Positions 37,642 to 47,641 of a DNA stretch of 63,567 nucleotides are shown piece by piece (within the stretch, counting starts at the first letter, position 1; every line of letters starts with the position of its first letter). This stretch comes from a virus (Duplodnaviria; Caudoviricetes), in the IMG/VR virus record IMGVR_UViG_3300036783_000072, positions 1 through 63,567 of that record; one strand, 5' to 3'. The translations under genes were made by a program, and so were the position numbers. The notes beneath the pieces were generated by a model. It ran no database searches and was not told where the DNA came from. It worked only from the letters and a program-made list of their open reading frames with translations.

Positions 37642-38450
37642 ACACCTCGCTTGTTATCCCACACCAGTGTGTGTAATTGTGGTAACGGTTTCCAATCATT
37701 ACAATCTGGATCGGCTAATACCTTACTCCATAACCAATCGAGTTTATCCAACAAACGACCTGCAATCTTTTCTTCCGTCTTTGCATCTTCATTACCAACG
37801 GATACGTAGAACATTGAACGATAAGCGGTACCCTTCTCGGTTACATAACGTCGGTATACTTCTTTTGCAAACTCGAAGTCAGCATCATCAAAGATAACCA
37901 CCTTAAGAGAATAGTCAACGAGATCACTAGCATACAGCTTTTCAACGATTGCATCTAATTTCCCCCAGTCTGTTGTCATCCCTGAGCTTGGTGGTTTTGG
38001 TGAGATTGTTAGGTCATTAATCTTATAGAACCAATCCTGCCATCTTGAACCTTGTGTTTCTAGGCCAATCTGTACGCCATTATTGTGACAAATATCAATG
38101 AAATCATTCATAGCGGCTCCAATCAATGCTGGGTTACCTCCACTAATGGTCACATGATTAAAGTTTCTAGTAGGCCACCAGAAACATTCATCAGGTCCGT
38201 CAGGTGTTTCAGTTCTAACCTGTACGGTTCCAATCTCTTCTAATTGGTCCCATACTTCTTGTGCAGTCATCATTGTTGCCTTTTGTTCCCCATTCCAAGT
38301 GAATGCTGAATCACACCACGCACAAGAATAGTCACAGCCACCAGTACGAACGAACATAGTCTTACGACCAACGACCATACCTTCACCTTGAATCGTTGGA
38401 CCAAATACTTCCATTACAGGCATTTTAGGGATTCTAGTTGTCTTTGTCAT
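37638..38450 (-). CDS. queE: 7-carboxy-7-deazaguanine synthase (radical SAM)
   Basis: TIQGEG, CDYSCAWCD, SGGNP, ETQG, SPKPPSS, PQLH. Confidence 0.95.
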   Translation of the reverse strand: MTKTTRIPKMPVMEVFGPTIQGEGMVVGRKTMFVRTGGCDYSCAWCDSAFTWNGEQKATMMTAQEVWDQLEEIGTVQVRTETPDGPDECFWWPTRNFNHVTISGGNPALIGAAMNDFIDICHNNGVQIGLETQGSRWQDWFYKINDLTISPKPPSSGMTTDWGKLDAIVEKLYASDLVDYSLKVVIFDDADFEFAKEVYRRYVTEKGTAYRSMFYVSVGNEDAKTEEKIAGRLLDKLDWLWSKVLADPDCNDWKPLPQLHTLVWDNKRGV

Positions 38451-38908
38451 TACTTACCTCCTCTGTAAACAACATAAGATGTTGGCGTTTCGCGTAAATA
38501 TACTTGAACACATTGAGCTCCATGTCCTCGTTCATCGAGATAGTCTTGAACTGTCCTATGAACTTCACGAGCCACTAGTTCGGTTGTTGGGTAAACGCCC
38601 CAATGGTTTATTTCGGGCTCACCACCCTTTTCTTTTGTTTGTGAAGTGAATGCTACGTCTTCGTTCATAACCGAATGGTCGAAACGCTTATGAACTAACA
38701 TCTTAATATCCTGGAAGTTAACCAAGAAGCCTAGGTAATCTAGTTCATTACCAGCTATCGTTACGGCACATTGATAAGTATGACCATGCATATTTGCACA
38801 CATACCGGCATCATTATGCGGAATAAAGTGGGCTGCTGCGAAATGCATGTCCTTCGTTAGTTCGTATTTATAATCGTGCTGTGTTTGTGGGTAAATTTGT
38901 GATAACAT
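38450..38908 (-). CDS. queD: 6-carboxytetrahydropterin synthase
   Basis: FAAAH, C..MHGHTY, FDH, PTTE, ETPTS. Confidence 0.95.
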   Translation of the reverse strand: MLSQIYPQTQHDYKYELTKDMHFAAAHFIPHNDAGMCANMHGHTYQCAVTIAGNELDYLGFLVNFQDIKMLVHKRFDHSVMNEDVAFTSQTKEKGGEPEINHWGVYPTTELVAREVHRTVQDYLDERGHGAQCVQVYLRETPTSYVVYRGGK

Positions 38909-39150
38909 TAGAAATCCCTACTTCCTGTATTTTGTATTATCTCGTCGGCATATTCAGCCGCCTGCTCTCCGAAGTTCCAAAGGTAAGCATCTCGGAAACG
39001 TTTCATTCTAACGTCTCCGAAACCATATACCTCCTTTAAAGTCTTCTCTGCTGTACGTAAGGCAATTACTTCTAGATGATCGTAAGCCTTTTGAACTTCA
39101 TCCACATGACGTTTCGGCGTTAACTGTTTGTTACGTCTTTTCTTCGCCAT
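38908..39150 (-). CDS. Hypothetical protein
   Basis: YGFG..R..RF motif common in Bacillota phages; RBS. Confidence 0.6.
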   Translation of the reverse strand: MAKKRRNKQLTPKRHVDEVQKAYDHLEVIALRTAEKTLKEVYGFGDVRMKRFRDAYLWNFGEQAAEYADEIIQNTGSRDF

Positions 39151-39162
39151 GCCAATGACCTC

Positions 39163-40203
39163 CTAGTTATTGTCCAGATCGTACAGCATTTGCATCGTAG
39201 GATCAACGACACCCTGAGTTTTAAGGTTCGCTCCGAAACGGTGTTTAGCTGCTATGTTAGTTGCCCCATAATCGCCACCTTCTAGAATCAATTGCCGTGT
39301 TATCTTACCACCTTCAAGAGGTACTTTCTTCAGATAACCAACAACGTCAACTAGTCCTTGTACATCCTTAGATAACTTACCCGGCAGCATCGGTGCGTAG
39401 TACTTACGATTACGAGCATCCACTGTTTCATCAACACCACATACAAAGATGGCATTGATGTCAAGGTCACGGAAACGACGAACTAAGAAGTTAACCATCT
39501 CACGTGAACTACCCCAGTCTTTCCATTCGGCAGCATCCGGTTCAGCGTCCAACTTCTGAGTCAATGGATCTATCCCTAGCAATTGATACATACAATACTT
39601 TTGAGCTTCAGTCAACGAGTCAGTAATAACAGTTTTGAAACGTTTTGGTTCAGGAATCAATTCTGCCAACTTTTCCGCGTCTTGAGATAATGCAGTAATC
39701 TTTTGTGCCATCTCTTGAATAACTTTCTGTGGTTCAGTTGATGAAGGCACCCAACCAATCTTTTGAAGTAATTCTACTCCGCGTAGCTGAGCTTCGATCA
39801 TACGTAACCCTTGAACGTTATTTGAGTCACGGAATTGAATATGCTTCTTCAGTGTTTCATATAGTTGTGCATATTGCTTGTACGTTTGAATAGGCATTAC
39901 CATGATACAGGAAGGATCTACATTGTGCTCGCGGCACATCTTAGCGATAGTACGTAGGGTCTTCTCCCCACCCTCAAGACTTACATAAAGAACATCACGC
40001 ATTTCTTTTACTAATGCTGCTGAACCTGCAAGATGCGTCTTACCATCCCCATAAGGACCATAGATCAAAATGTTAGTCCAGTTGTACACTGATTCTATTG
40101 GACGTAATCCCATCATCGGAATTGCGTGACTTAAATTGGAATAATCGAATACCTCTGCTGCTGGTACTGCTGTTAACTGTTCTGTCATTGTAGTTCCTCC
40201 CAA
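39163..40203 (-). CDS. Sak4/AAA_24-like ATPase (recombinase)
   Basis: LIYGPYGDGKT, ITDSLT, DWG, DVVGY. Confidence 0.8.
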   Translation of the reverse strand: MGGTTMTEQLTAVPAAEVFDYSNLSHAIPMMGLRPIESVYNWTNILIYGPYGDGKTHLAGSAALVKEMRDVLYVSLEGGEKTLRTIAKMCREHNVDPSCIMVMPIQTYKQYAQLYETLKKHIQFRDSNNVQGLRMIEAQLRGVELLQKIGWVPSSTEPQKVIQEMAQKITALSQDAEKLAELIPEPKRFKTVITDSLTEAQKYCMYQLLGIDPLTQKLDAEPDAAEWKDWGSSREMVNFLVRRFRDLDINAIFVCGVDETVDARNRKYYAPMLPGKLSKDVQGLVDVVGYLKKVPLEGGKITRQLILEGGDYGATNIAAKHRFGANLKTQGVVDPTMQMLYDLDNN

Positions 40204-40430
40204 ACCTTTTCAGGTATTATTTTGTATCTCAAATAAAGCATTGACAGTTCCTCCATAATATAGTTACGATTCATATGTGCCCCTGGAAGTGCTATGATTA
40301 TAGTACTTTTAGGGAGTCCCCGCATTGCTCCGATATTAGCTACGTAATTATATTCCTTAGGTATTAAGTTGTGTTTTGCCAAGAAGCAGAAATATTGAAC
40401 TCGCGTTTGTGCTATTACATACTGCCTCAT
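40185..40430 (-). CDS. Hypothetical protein
   Basis: Overlapping ORF within the operon. Confidence 0.5.
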   Translation of the reverse strand: MRQYVIAQTRVQYFCFLAKHNLIPKEYNYVANIGAMRGLPKSTIIIALPGAHMNRNYIMEELSMLYLRYKIIPEKVWEELQ

Positions 40431-41800
40431 AGATCTTTGTATTCTTCTGGTAATATAACGTTTAGGATTGAATTAGCGTCTAGCGTCATCTCTTCAACTA
40501 GTGATCCAATAGCAGCTCCCTCTTTGTCCTTGTCTGGCCATGGGATACCTACGCGCCACGGTTCGATGTTGCCATCTTCCTTACGTGTTCTAGGTTCGAA
40601 GTTATCACTCAACCAACGTTGTGCTTCGACTTCCTTCCCATCATCCTGAAGAAGGCATGCATCTCTAAATGGACAATCCCAAATACAATCTCTTGTAGGA
40701 TTCGGGAACAAATATAAGTTCGGATCCGCCATCATAGTAGCTTCAGCTAGAATATGACGGTAAGTTGATTTCTTCTGACCTTGTGATCTGGTAACGAAGT
40801 CCCATCGAATGAACTTGTCCCCTTCGGGTGTTTCCTGCGAAGCTAGTACATTTAAAAAGTCTACTAGTTTTGCTGGCGCCTTACTTACTTCCTTATAATC
40901 GCGAATAATCTCATTACGCAACTGTTGGTACGTTGTCTTTTGTTTCTTATCAACTGACAAAGAACCATTGTTCAAACGTCTCGGTGGCTTAATGAGTTCC
41001 TTCGTAAGTTGAACATAAACGAAACCATGAATAGGTCGTCCGAACCACTGTTCAGCCGCCCACATATAGGCACTGATCTGATCATCGGTATCTAGCTTAT
41101 TCGTATCAGCGCTCTTGGCTGTTTTCCAGTCCATAATCCACCATCGACCGAATTTATCTTGAACAATACGGTCTAACGTTCCATGATAATACAAAGGTAC
41201 TTCTTTGATATATTGTTTAGGTGAATCATGCCAAACAGTTATCTCACCGTTGTGTAGATACTCGCCCTTATCATCAGTCAATATCTGCATATCCTTTGTA
41301 ACATTTACGATATCGCCTGTTTCCATATCGGCCCAAACTTTAATGCCAAGATCTAACATAAATGATTCCTCAATTAAAGGCTTAGCATCTTCTGTGCCGG
41401 GGGGTACTATGTTCTTATCTTTATCCCACCATACTGTTTCGAATTGCATATCTGCATTACGTGGCATATACCACTCCAAGAAATACTCTAACATACCAAT
41501 ACCGAGGAAATAATGCTCATCGGCACCCATAGGTCTTTCTGATGCTGGGAATGCCGCATAGTAAGCCTGAAATGCTTTCACAGGACTACCAAACTTATTC
41601 TCCCCGAAAAAGTCTTCCATTGCAAAATGGATCGCGGAACCAAACCAGAAATGAATATTCGTCTCTGTTCCTTTACGTTGCAGGTTCTGTCTCATAGAAG
41701 ACTGATAACCCCACTTACGCATACAACGCCTAAACACCCTACGCCCACTGGTACGTATGGTATAATGACTCACTGGTTGTTCTGTAACTTGCAGTGTCAT
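40427..41800 (-). CDS. PD-(D/E)XK exonuclease (Cas4/AddB-like, Fe-S)
   Basis: N-term C, GSAIH, GTLD..DWKT, Q..AY, C-term CIWDCPFRDAC. Confidence 0.85.
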   Translation of the reverse strand: MTLQVTEQPVSHYTIRTSGRRVFRRCMRKWGYQSSMRQNLQRKGTETNIHFWFGSAIHFAMEDFFGENKFGSPVKAFQAYYAAFPASERPMGADEHYFLGIGMLEYFLEWYMPRNADMQFETVWWDKDKNIVPPGTEDAKPLIEESFMLDLGIKVWADMETGDIVNVTKDMQILTDDKGEYLHNGEITVWHDSPKQYIKEVPLYYHGTLDRIVQDKFGRWWIMDWKTAKSADTNKLDTDDQISAYMWAAEQWFGRPIHGFVYVQLTKELIKPPRRLNNGSLSVDKKQKTTYQQLRNEIIRDYKEVSKAPAKLVDFLNVLASQETPEGDKFIRWDFVTRSQGQKKSTYRHILAEATMMADPNLYLFPNPTRDCIWDCPFRDACLLQDDGKEVEAQRWLSDNFEPRTRKEDGNIEPWRVGIPWPDKDKEGAAIGSLVEEMTLDANSILNVILPEEYKDL

Positions 41801-41883
41801 TGTACTCCCCCCTATAATTCGGTGGAATTAGTTTCCACAAGCAAGACACATAATATATGCCCTCCTTGTGAAGGCTAATGCCC

Positions 41884-42570
41884 TCACTTCTCTGTTACTA
41901 ACTTGTTCGCAATTGTGAATTTCAACATACGAATATAATGCTGAAGTTCTTGTTGGGTTACGTCAGGATCCAATCCCTTCTTTACTGCCTGGGCTATCTT
42001 CTTGCTAACGTCATATAGAACTATCTGTAACTGACTTACCTCGTAATTCTCCATAGATTCTAATTCGTATCTTTCATCCCATCGGAACTCTTGGTAACGC
42101 TTAAGAACCTTATAGTCTTCTGACACACGTTCCCGTAGTTCTCTGATAGTTTCTTCTCGGGCTTCTACTTCCCGAAGAAATGCTAAAGTGGGCGTCTTCC
42201 TCTTCAGACCTTGGAGCATTGTTTGTGTCATGTTAAGTAGTACACTCATGCGCCATACTTTATTTAACGTGGTGTCATAATAATGTAACGGCGTATCTAA
42301 ATATTCATATAGTCGTCTAACCGCTTGCTGGGTCGATTCAACTGTACTGAAATCTAATGATACTCTCAAAACCTGCCATTCAATATTGAAATGTGCTAGT
42401 TTCGTTATCTGCATACTATTCACCCCATCCGAAGTATAATTCTGTCGGTTTGTACGAATAACGTGCTCTTCCTGATTCTCTTGCTCCCTTACAGATAACG
42501 CGGCCATCCTCGTACCCAACCACATATCCTTTGAAAGTATACAGCGTATGTATCTTTTCTCCCACTGCAA
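41884..42570 (-). CDS. Hypothetical protein (start uncertain, probably ~42414)
   Basis: Long ORF; GGGGTGA RBS before MQITKL. Confidence 0.55.
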   Translation of the reverse strand: MQWEKRYIRCILSKDMWLGTRMAALSVREQENQEEHVIRTNRQNYTSDGVNSMQITKLAHFNIEWQVLRVSLDFSTVESTQQAVRRLYEYLDTPLHYYDTTLNKVWRMSVLLNMTQTMLQGLKRKTPTLAFLREVEAREETIRELRERVSEDYKVLKRYQEFRWDERYELESMENYEVSQLQIVLYDVSKKIAQAVKKGLDPDVTQQELQHYIRMLKFTIANKLVTEK

Positions 42571-42784
42571 AATCAGCTATATATTTACCTTTACGTTTTC
42601 TATCTGGTTTCTCCTTCTTGGCCTTGTCTGTTGGGCCTACTACGTTATTTAATTGGGACACATGTACTTTCTTAGCATCCGTACTGATTTCTGGATTATA
42701 TAACATTACTGTTTCCCCTGTTTGGCTTAATACGCGATAAGGTACATCCTCAAAGATTGCAAACGCTAGTTGTTGATTAGACAT
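42416..42784 (-). CDS. Hypothetical protein
   Basis: AAAGGAGG RBS. Confidence 0.65.
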   Translation of the reverse strand: MSNQQLAFAIFEDVPYRVLSQTGETVMLYNPEISTDAKKVHVSQLNNVVGPTDKAKKEKPDRKRKGKYIADFAVGEKIHTLYTFKGYVVGYEDGRVICKGARESGRARYSYKPTELYFGWGE

Positions 42785-42816
42785 AATAATGTCCTCCTTT
42801 GGGTTAGTTTAATATG

Positions 42817-42902
42817 TTCCGTGTAGCCATCCAAACACTTGGGAGTACAGTTAAGCTCTATGCAGGTTGAAAATAACTGAGTGTTTGAATGACTACACGG
42901 AA
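42817..42902 (-). other. Long intergenic RNA stem-loop
   Basis: ~23-bp stem whose two internal DNA mismatches become G-U pairs only on the minus-strand transcript. Confidence 0.7.
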
Positions 42903-42906
42903 GATA

Positions 42907-43161
42907 CTAAATATCCTCCGTCTTGGTATCCAGTGCGAAATACCTCCAAAAGTAATTACGTGATCGTGGGATGAAGTTGAAATCCAATCTTTCACGCCTA
43001 TCATCTCGAATCACGACACTGATTGTTCCATTTGTTTCCCTTGTTGCTGAAATCTTATATGATTTTCCGATTGTGAATTTACCATCTCTATGAGCTTTAA
43101 GACAACGTACCGAACGCATAGATCTTGTACTCTGTATACCTAGAGGTAATTCGTTAGCCAT
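42907..43161 (-). CDS. Hypothetical protein
   Basis: Directly downstream of a class-B promoter. Confidence 0.55.
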   Translation of the reverse strand: MANELPLGIQSTRSMRSVRCLKAHRDGKFTIGKSYKISATRETNGTISVVIRDDRRERLDFNFIPRSRNYFWRYFALDTKTEDI

Positions 43162-43195
43162 CTTATCAGCTTCTTTCTCGTTTGTTTATTATTTG

Positions 43196-43235
43196 CTTAT
43201 ATTTATATAATATGCAAATTGAAACTCGAATGCAA
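43196..43235 (-). promoter_or_regulatory. Class-B phage promoter
   Basis: TTGCAT-N17-TATTATATAAATATAAG. Confidence 0.8.
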
Positions 43236-43408
43236 TCAAAAATAAAATATATTTTACGCCGGTCCGCCAGACAGTACTCAATACGGAAGGTTTTATAGGG
43301 CGAACTGTTGCGTCGAAGAAACTGCTGTTACAAAGTGTTATACAAACCCCTTATTGGGAATGCACCGCGAACAACTCGGGCACATCTCCAATAGAAGTTA
43401 TTGTGGAA

Positions 43409-44875
43409 CTATCTTCTCTTCTTAATCATTTGGGCGAAACGTTCCTCACTTGACAGAATCAAATCGGCTCCCGATTGCTTGTCATTTAGAATTCTAATAA
43501 CGTCATCTTCAACGGTATCTTTATGGAGCATATAATAACAGTTGACTGTTCTTGTTTGCCCTATACGATACAATCGGTCTTCGGCTTGGGCGTTTTTGTT
43601 GAAATCATATTCATAACCAATGAAGAAGGCTGTTGCCGCACAAGTAGCATGGAACGATGCACCGGACTTAATAACACATATTAATACCCGAGCACCGCGA
43701 CCATTCTGGAAGCCTTGCCATTGAGCCCCGAACTCTTCGGGAGTCAAGCCCCCAGTGATTGTATGGATCTTGATACCTCCATACTTTTCACGTAAAGCCT
43801 CCTGGATGTATGGTACTGCTTTTCTAAATGGGGTAAAGATAACAAAAGGATCTTTCTCAAGTACCAAGTCCTCTGACATTTCCAACATTGTTTCAATTGC
43901 AGCCCCTTTAGTCTTCAGGCCAAGTACTTGCGGACATGCTAATAACTGACGTTGCCTAACGGCTAAGGTTAACAAACTAGGTGTCATTATTAGTTCACCA
44001 TTAGCCGTTAGGGTAAACATCTCTTCGGTAAGCTCTTTGTAAACTCTTGCTTGTTCTGTATCCATAAGTACCGGAATTGCTTGACGAACCTTCTCAGGCA
44101 TGTCGTGTAAGTAGTCAATCTTCTTCAGGATACTTGAATGACTCCGTAACATCTGTCTAAATGCTGGAACATTCTTAGGATTCCGTTCTATACCCTTGCC
44201 AAATCCCGAATCAATAGTAACACAGTGTGTATTTACGTATTTCCAGTAACTATCGAACTTTCTAGATTCTATGATACTCAAAGGCCCAAAAAAGTCGACT
44301 ACTCCTCTTCTATAAGGTGTTCCTGTAAGTAAGAATACGACTGGTGTTTCCTTAGCTAACTGCGTGAACGTTCCGTATGTCTTCGTCTTATGGTTAAACA
44401 AACCACCTAATTGAATCTCATCAGCCACAAGGGCTCCAAGCTTCATCTTCGTACCAGGTGGTGGGATTATTTCAGCTTTAGTCTTTTCGTCCGCTTTCAC
44501 TATCCCAAATCGCTGTCCTAATTCATGGCTCAAGCTAAAATTGGTAATAATAAAAGGAGCTCCTGTGGTAGCGAACTCCTTCCATATTTTACCTCTCTGT
44601 TTAGGCGTACCTACATAGATTAAAGCTTTTGCATTGAACCATTTTTCAAGTTCTAGTTGAAGAACAAACATTGCGGACTTACTACACACTATCATACAAG
44701 GGAAGGCTTCAAGCTCCATGACAGCTAATAATGTTACAAGGCTCTTACCCATCCCCATATCCATGTAGTTCAACCAGCGGCGCGCGCGGAGCATATCATC
44801 CACAACACCCACCTGGTACGGACGCAACATGTCCCTAACTTGTTGCAATTGCTCAGTCGATGTAGTTGGTACCAC
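43409..44875 (-). CDS. SNF2-like superfamily 2 helicase
   Basis: LRPYQ, DMGMGKS, ADEIQ, LTGTP, QAEDRLYRIGQ. Confidence 0.9.
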   Translation of the reverse strand: MVPTTSTEQLQQVRDMLRPYQVGVVDDMLRARRWLNYMDMGMGKSLVTLLAVMELEAFPCMIVCSKSAMFVLQLELEKWFNAKALIYVGTPKQRGKIWKEFATTGAPFIITNFSLSHELGQRFGIVKADEKTKAEIIPPPGTKMKLGALVADEIQLGGLFNHKTKTYGTFTQLAKETPVVFLLTGTPYRRGVVDFFGPLSIIESRKFDSYWKYVNTHCVTIDSGFGKGIERNPKNVPAFRQMLRSHSSILKKIDYLHDMPEKVRQAIPVLMDTEQARVYKELTEEMFTLTANGELIMTPSLLTLAVRQRQLLACPQVLGLKTKGAAIETMLEMSEDLVLEKDPFVIFTPFRKAVPYIQEALREKYGGIKIHTITGGLTPEEFGAQWQGFQNGRGARVLICVIKSGASFHATCAATAFFIGYEYDFNKNAQAEDRLYRIGQTRTVNCYYMLHKDTVEDDVIRILNDKQSGADLILSSEERFAQMIKKRR

Positions 44876-45224
44876 TAGCAGCCCCTCCTAAGAATATTGG
44901 ACGCTCTTTACGAATTGCATCTAGAACAATTTGTAACGTTCCTGTAGGTAGTGGATTATCCCCTACATTGTTCTGGAAGAAGTATGCGTAAGCTAATGGA
45001 CAATGTTGTCGCATCAGATACGTAGCTCTCTCAGCTAGTTCTACCAGATTCTTTGGGGTAAGTGCACTATCTGCTGGCTCATCGATAAACTGCCATGCTA
45101 CCATTGCACAAGCTGCTGATAAGTACTCCCCTGACATCCAAGAAATTTCTTCTCTTTCCTCGTGCACTGTCTTTGTTTCCCCATCAGAAGGGAATGTTAC
45201 TACTGTCTCTTTGTCCATTGTCAT
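44853..45224 (-). CDS. Hypothetical protein
   Basis: AAGGAGG RBS. Confidence 0.6.
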   Translation of the reverse strand: MTMDKETVVTFPSDGETKTVHEEREEISWMSGEYLSAACAMVAWQFIDEPADSALTPKNLVELAERATYLMRQHCPLAYAYFFQNNVGDNPLPTGTLQIVLDAIRKERPIFLGGAASGTNYID

Positions 45225-46323
45225 AGACCTCCTTAATTACTACTGCTAAATCGTTCTGTGCTTCCTCCGTAAGAAGATGACCATGATTAGCTAGCCAATC
45301 CTCGAATGCCTGTAGAGGACGTCGTACTATCATTTCCGGTTCTTTGTACTTCTTACTACTTTTCAATACTATTGCATACGTTGGACTTACAATCACCGGT
45401 TTAACTTCTGGTGGTAGATCTGCCAACTCTTGCGTAGTAGTTACTGGATGTGCATTTTCTCCGTGTTCTTGAGTAAATTGTTCAAATGAAATTTCAGGTA
45501 CCTGAGCATCAGTGATATGACGTTGATTTGGTACATATAAGACATCGGGTGCTTCCTCTTTGAGTAACTGGGCAATGATGTTGGCATAAGCCAATTCCGT
45601 CGATAAACCTGCCCACACGTTAGAAGCTAACCATGAAAGAGCAAAGTCAGAAACCAACTTACGGTCACGATCCAGATCAAGCTCTCCCGGCTTAAAGTCA
45701 TATCCATAAGCATACTTCTCATAGTGGGTTACATACAAACCGTTTACATAAATATTACCCTTGAACTTAGGATCGAATAAAACACTACCCTTATGTGACT
45801 CTGCGAACTCACCTTTCGGTTGGAAATGTAGATTCGAGGAAGCTACTTCTTCCCATTCTTCCGGAGTAATTCCTTGGATACTGAATACTAGATTAGAATC
45901 TAACATCTTTGTCCAAAAAGCTCCCGTTTCTATGAAGAATGTTAGTACATCTGCTCCGTATCGTGTAGACTTCACAAAGCGACAGTACCACTCTTCTTTC
46001 TTTGCATGGTTTCTAATTGTTAATTTCTTCCCTAGACGGGTTAATACCAATGCGGCTATCTTATAACCTTCACCAAATTGTCCTACCGTGGCTTTATCGT
46101 CGGTCTTAGTTGATGAACCTAAGAGTAGTGTACGTCGTTCAAGTGATGAATTCCTACTACCAATATATAATGTTTGTGTACCTACTTCGTATTTGTGGTA
46201 CATCCGATTGTCCGGATCCTTAGTTTCTTGGTCTACTGCATTCTGTACAATCTCACGGATTGCGTCTACTATCGTCCATCCAGGTACATAATCAGGGGTT
46301 AAAGATAATTCAAATTTTGCCAT
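45184..46323 (-). CDS. GHKL (HATPase_c) family ATPase
   Basis: AIREIVQNAVD (N box), LG.STK, GQFGEGYK. Confidence 0.8.
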   Translation of the reverse strand: MAKFELSLTPDYVPGWTIVDAIREIVQNAVDQETKDPDNRMYHKYEVGTQTLYIGSRNSSLERRTLLLGSSTKTDDKATVGQFGEGYKIAALVLTRLGKKLTIRNHAKKEEWYCRFVKSTRYGADVLTFFIETGAFWTKMLDSNLVFSIQGITPEEWEEVASSNLHFQPKGEFAESHKGSVLFDPKFKGNIYVNGLYVTHYEKYAYGYDFKPGELDLDRDRKLVSDFALSWLASNVWAGLSTELAYANIIAQLLKEEAPDVLYVPNQRHITDAQVPEISFEQFTQEHGENAHPVTTTQELADLPPEVKPVIVSPTYAIVLKSSKKYKEPEMIVRRPLQAFEDWLANHGHLLTEEAQNDLAVVIKEVYDNGQRDSSNIPF

Positions 46324-46398
46324 TGTATTCCCTCCCTTTCCCCACTCTGCATTTATACGGGCTTGTGACCGCCATTGGCTGCATTAGGAAGGATGTCG

Positions 46399-46596
46399 TT
46401 AGACACCCAGTTTCAAAGTATGTTCAACTCTTGTATTACATAGTACGTGGAATTCCTCAAACTCCGTAGGTTCTGTCTCCACTAGTTCAAGTGATTCCCA
46501 CGCTACATTACTTTCACACTTAGGACAATAATATTCGTGCATTTCTTCTTCCTCCTCGTTAGGGAAGGGGCCGAAGCCCTTATTTTTTCTTCCCAT
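46399..46596 (-). CDS. Small Zn-ribbon-like protein
   Basis: CPKC..H..C. Confidence 0.5.
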   Translation of the reverse strand: MGRKNKGFGPFPNEEEEEMHEYYCPKCESNVAWESLELVETEPTEFEEFHVLCNTRVEHTLKLGV

Positions 46597-46777
46597 ATAT
46601 TATGTCGAATACATTACGTAACTTCGGATTACTTACGGTACAAACACCTTGGAACTCCATCGTTTCTCGTGTACCGCAGTTAGCACAATAAGGCTTACCT
46701 CTTTTTATGTCCTTGTCCAGATAAGTCATATGTCCGCAACCTGTTCGGCATTCCCAAGCAAATACCTCTTTTAGCAT
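46580..46777 (-). CDS. Small Zn-ribbon protein
   Basis: CRTGC..CANC. Confidence 0.55.
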   Translation of the reverse strand: MLKEVFAWECRTGCGHMTYLDKDIKRGKPYCANCGTRETMEFQGVCTVSNPKLRNVFDIIYGKKK

Positions 46778-47094
46778 GGGAACTCCTCCTTTTGTGGTTG
46801 CTCGGCACGATTATCACTCGGTGGTTCACAAGTAACCAGGATTAACTTCTGATCGAAGCCTACCTTGTAGTGTTGTACCCTTCCCAGATAATCAATGGAA
46901 TAGATAGTGAATATGTTACGTGGATCATCTTCATTTTGCCCTAGGTCGAATGCAAATTCTAATACTTTCTTAGATCCCCTTACCAATTCCATTCGGAAGT
47001 GTTCATCCATCTTACCAGCTGCCCAAGCCATGCTACCTGCCTCAATGGGTTTAGTTGTTACTACAATGAATGTTCCATCTTGTGGGTATCTCAT
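46771..47094 (-). CDS. Hypothetical protein
   Basis: GAGGAGG RBS; coupled to neighbours. Confidence 0.6.
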   Translation of the reverse strand: MRYPQDGTFIVVTTKPIEAGSMAWAAGKMDEHFRMELVRGSKKVLEFAFDLGQNEDDPRNIFTIYSIDYLGRVQHYKVGFDQKLILVTCEPPSDNRAEQPQKEEFPC

Positions 47095-47402
47095 TATTCT
47101 TCCTCCTCATCGATTCTTGCTGTTATGACTTCGTCAGCATCCTTTAATAAGTTAACATAAGCACAAAGGGTCTCGTCAAGATCTTCCTTGAGGAATTCCT
47201 TATAGCACTCATCATCACAGTAACGTTCATCTGTGCGTGTATCTACTATATGTGTTTCTCCTAAACGGATTGGCTTTCTACAACTATTCAAGGCACAATT
47301 ATCGATGATGTCAGGACCGAACTTAGGTCTAGTTGACATGGCGGTCTTCCTCCTCCATCCAGCGGACATTTGGTCCCAGTTCCAGATACTCAACCTTTCC
47401 AT
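47094..47402 (-). CDS. Hypothetical Cys-containing protein (probable start MSTRPK)
   Basis: C....C..YC...C; GGAGGAGG RBS before MSTRPK. Confidence 0.55.
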   Translation of the reverse strand: MERLSIWNWDQMSAGWRRKTAMSTRPKFGPDIIDNCALNSCRKPIRLGETHIVDTRTDERYCDDECYKEFLKEDLDETLCAYVNLLKDADEVITARIDEEEE

Positions 47403-47631
47403 TGGAAGTGATCTTCACCGTGTCCATCTCTATTTGTTCTACCTTTGCAATCTTACCTGAAGCACCTAATAATTGACCACCTGAATAACTACCTGTTAAA
47501 ACCATACCTTCTGTTAATAATGTAACCTGTTCTAATGGACCCATGTTTAAACCTCCTCCAATGTTTTCGTTATAGTATTCTTCGCAACCTACTAGTTCAA
47601 ATGTCATGAATGTTTCCTCCTGTATTCCCAC
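47329..47631 (-). CDS. Hypothetical protein (start uncertain)
   Basis: ORF in operon with internal RBSs. Confidence 0.5.
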   Translation of the reverse strand: MGIQEETFMTFELVGCEEYYNENIGGGLNMGPLEQVTLLTEGMVLTGSYSGGQLLGASGKIAKVEQIEMDTVKITSNGKVEYLELGPNVRWMEEEDRHVN

Positions 47632-47641
47632 CTGAAGTGGT

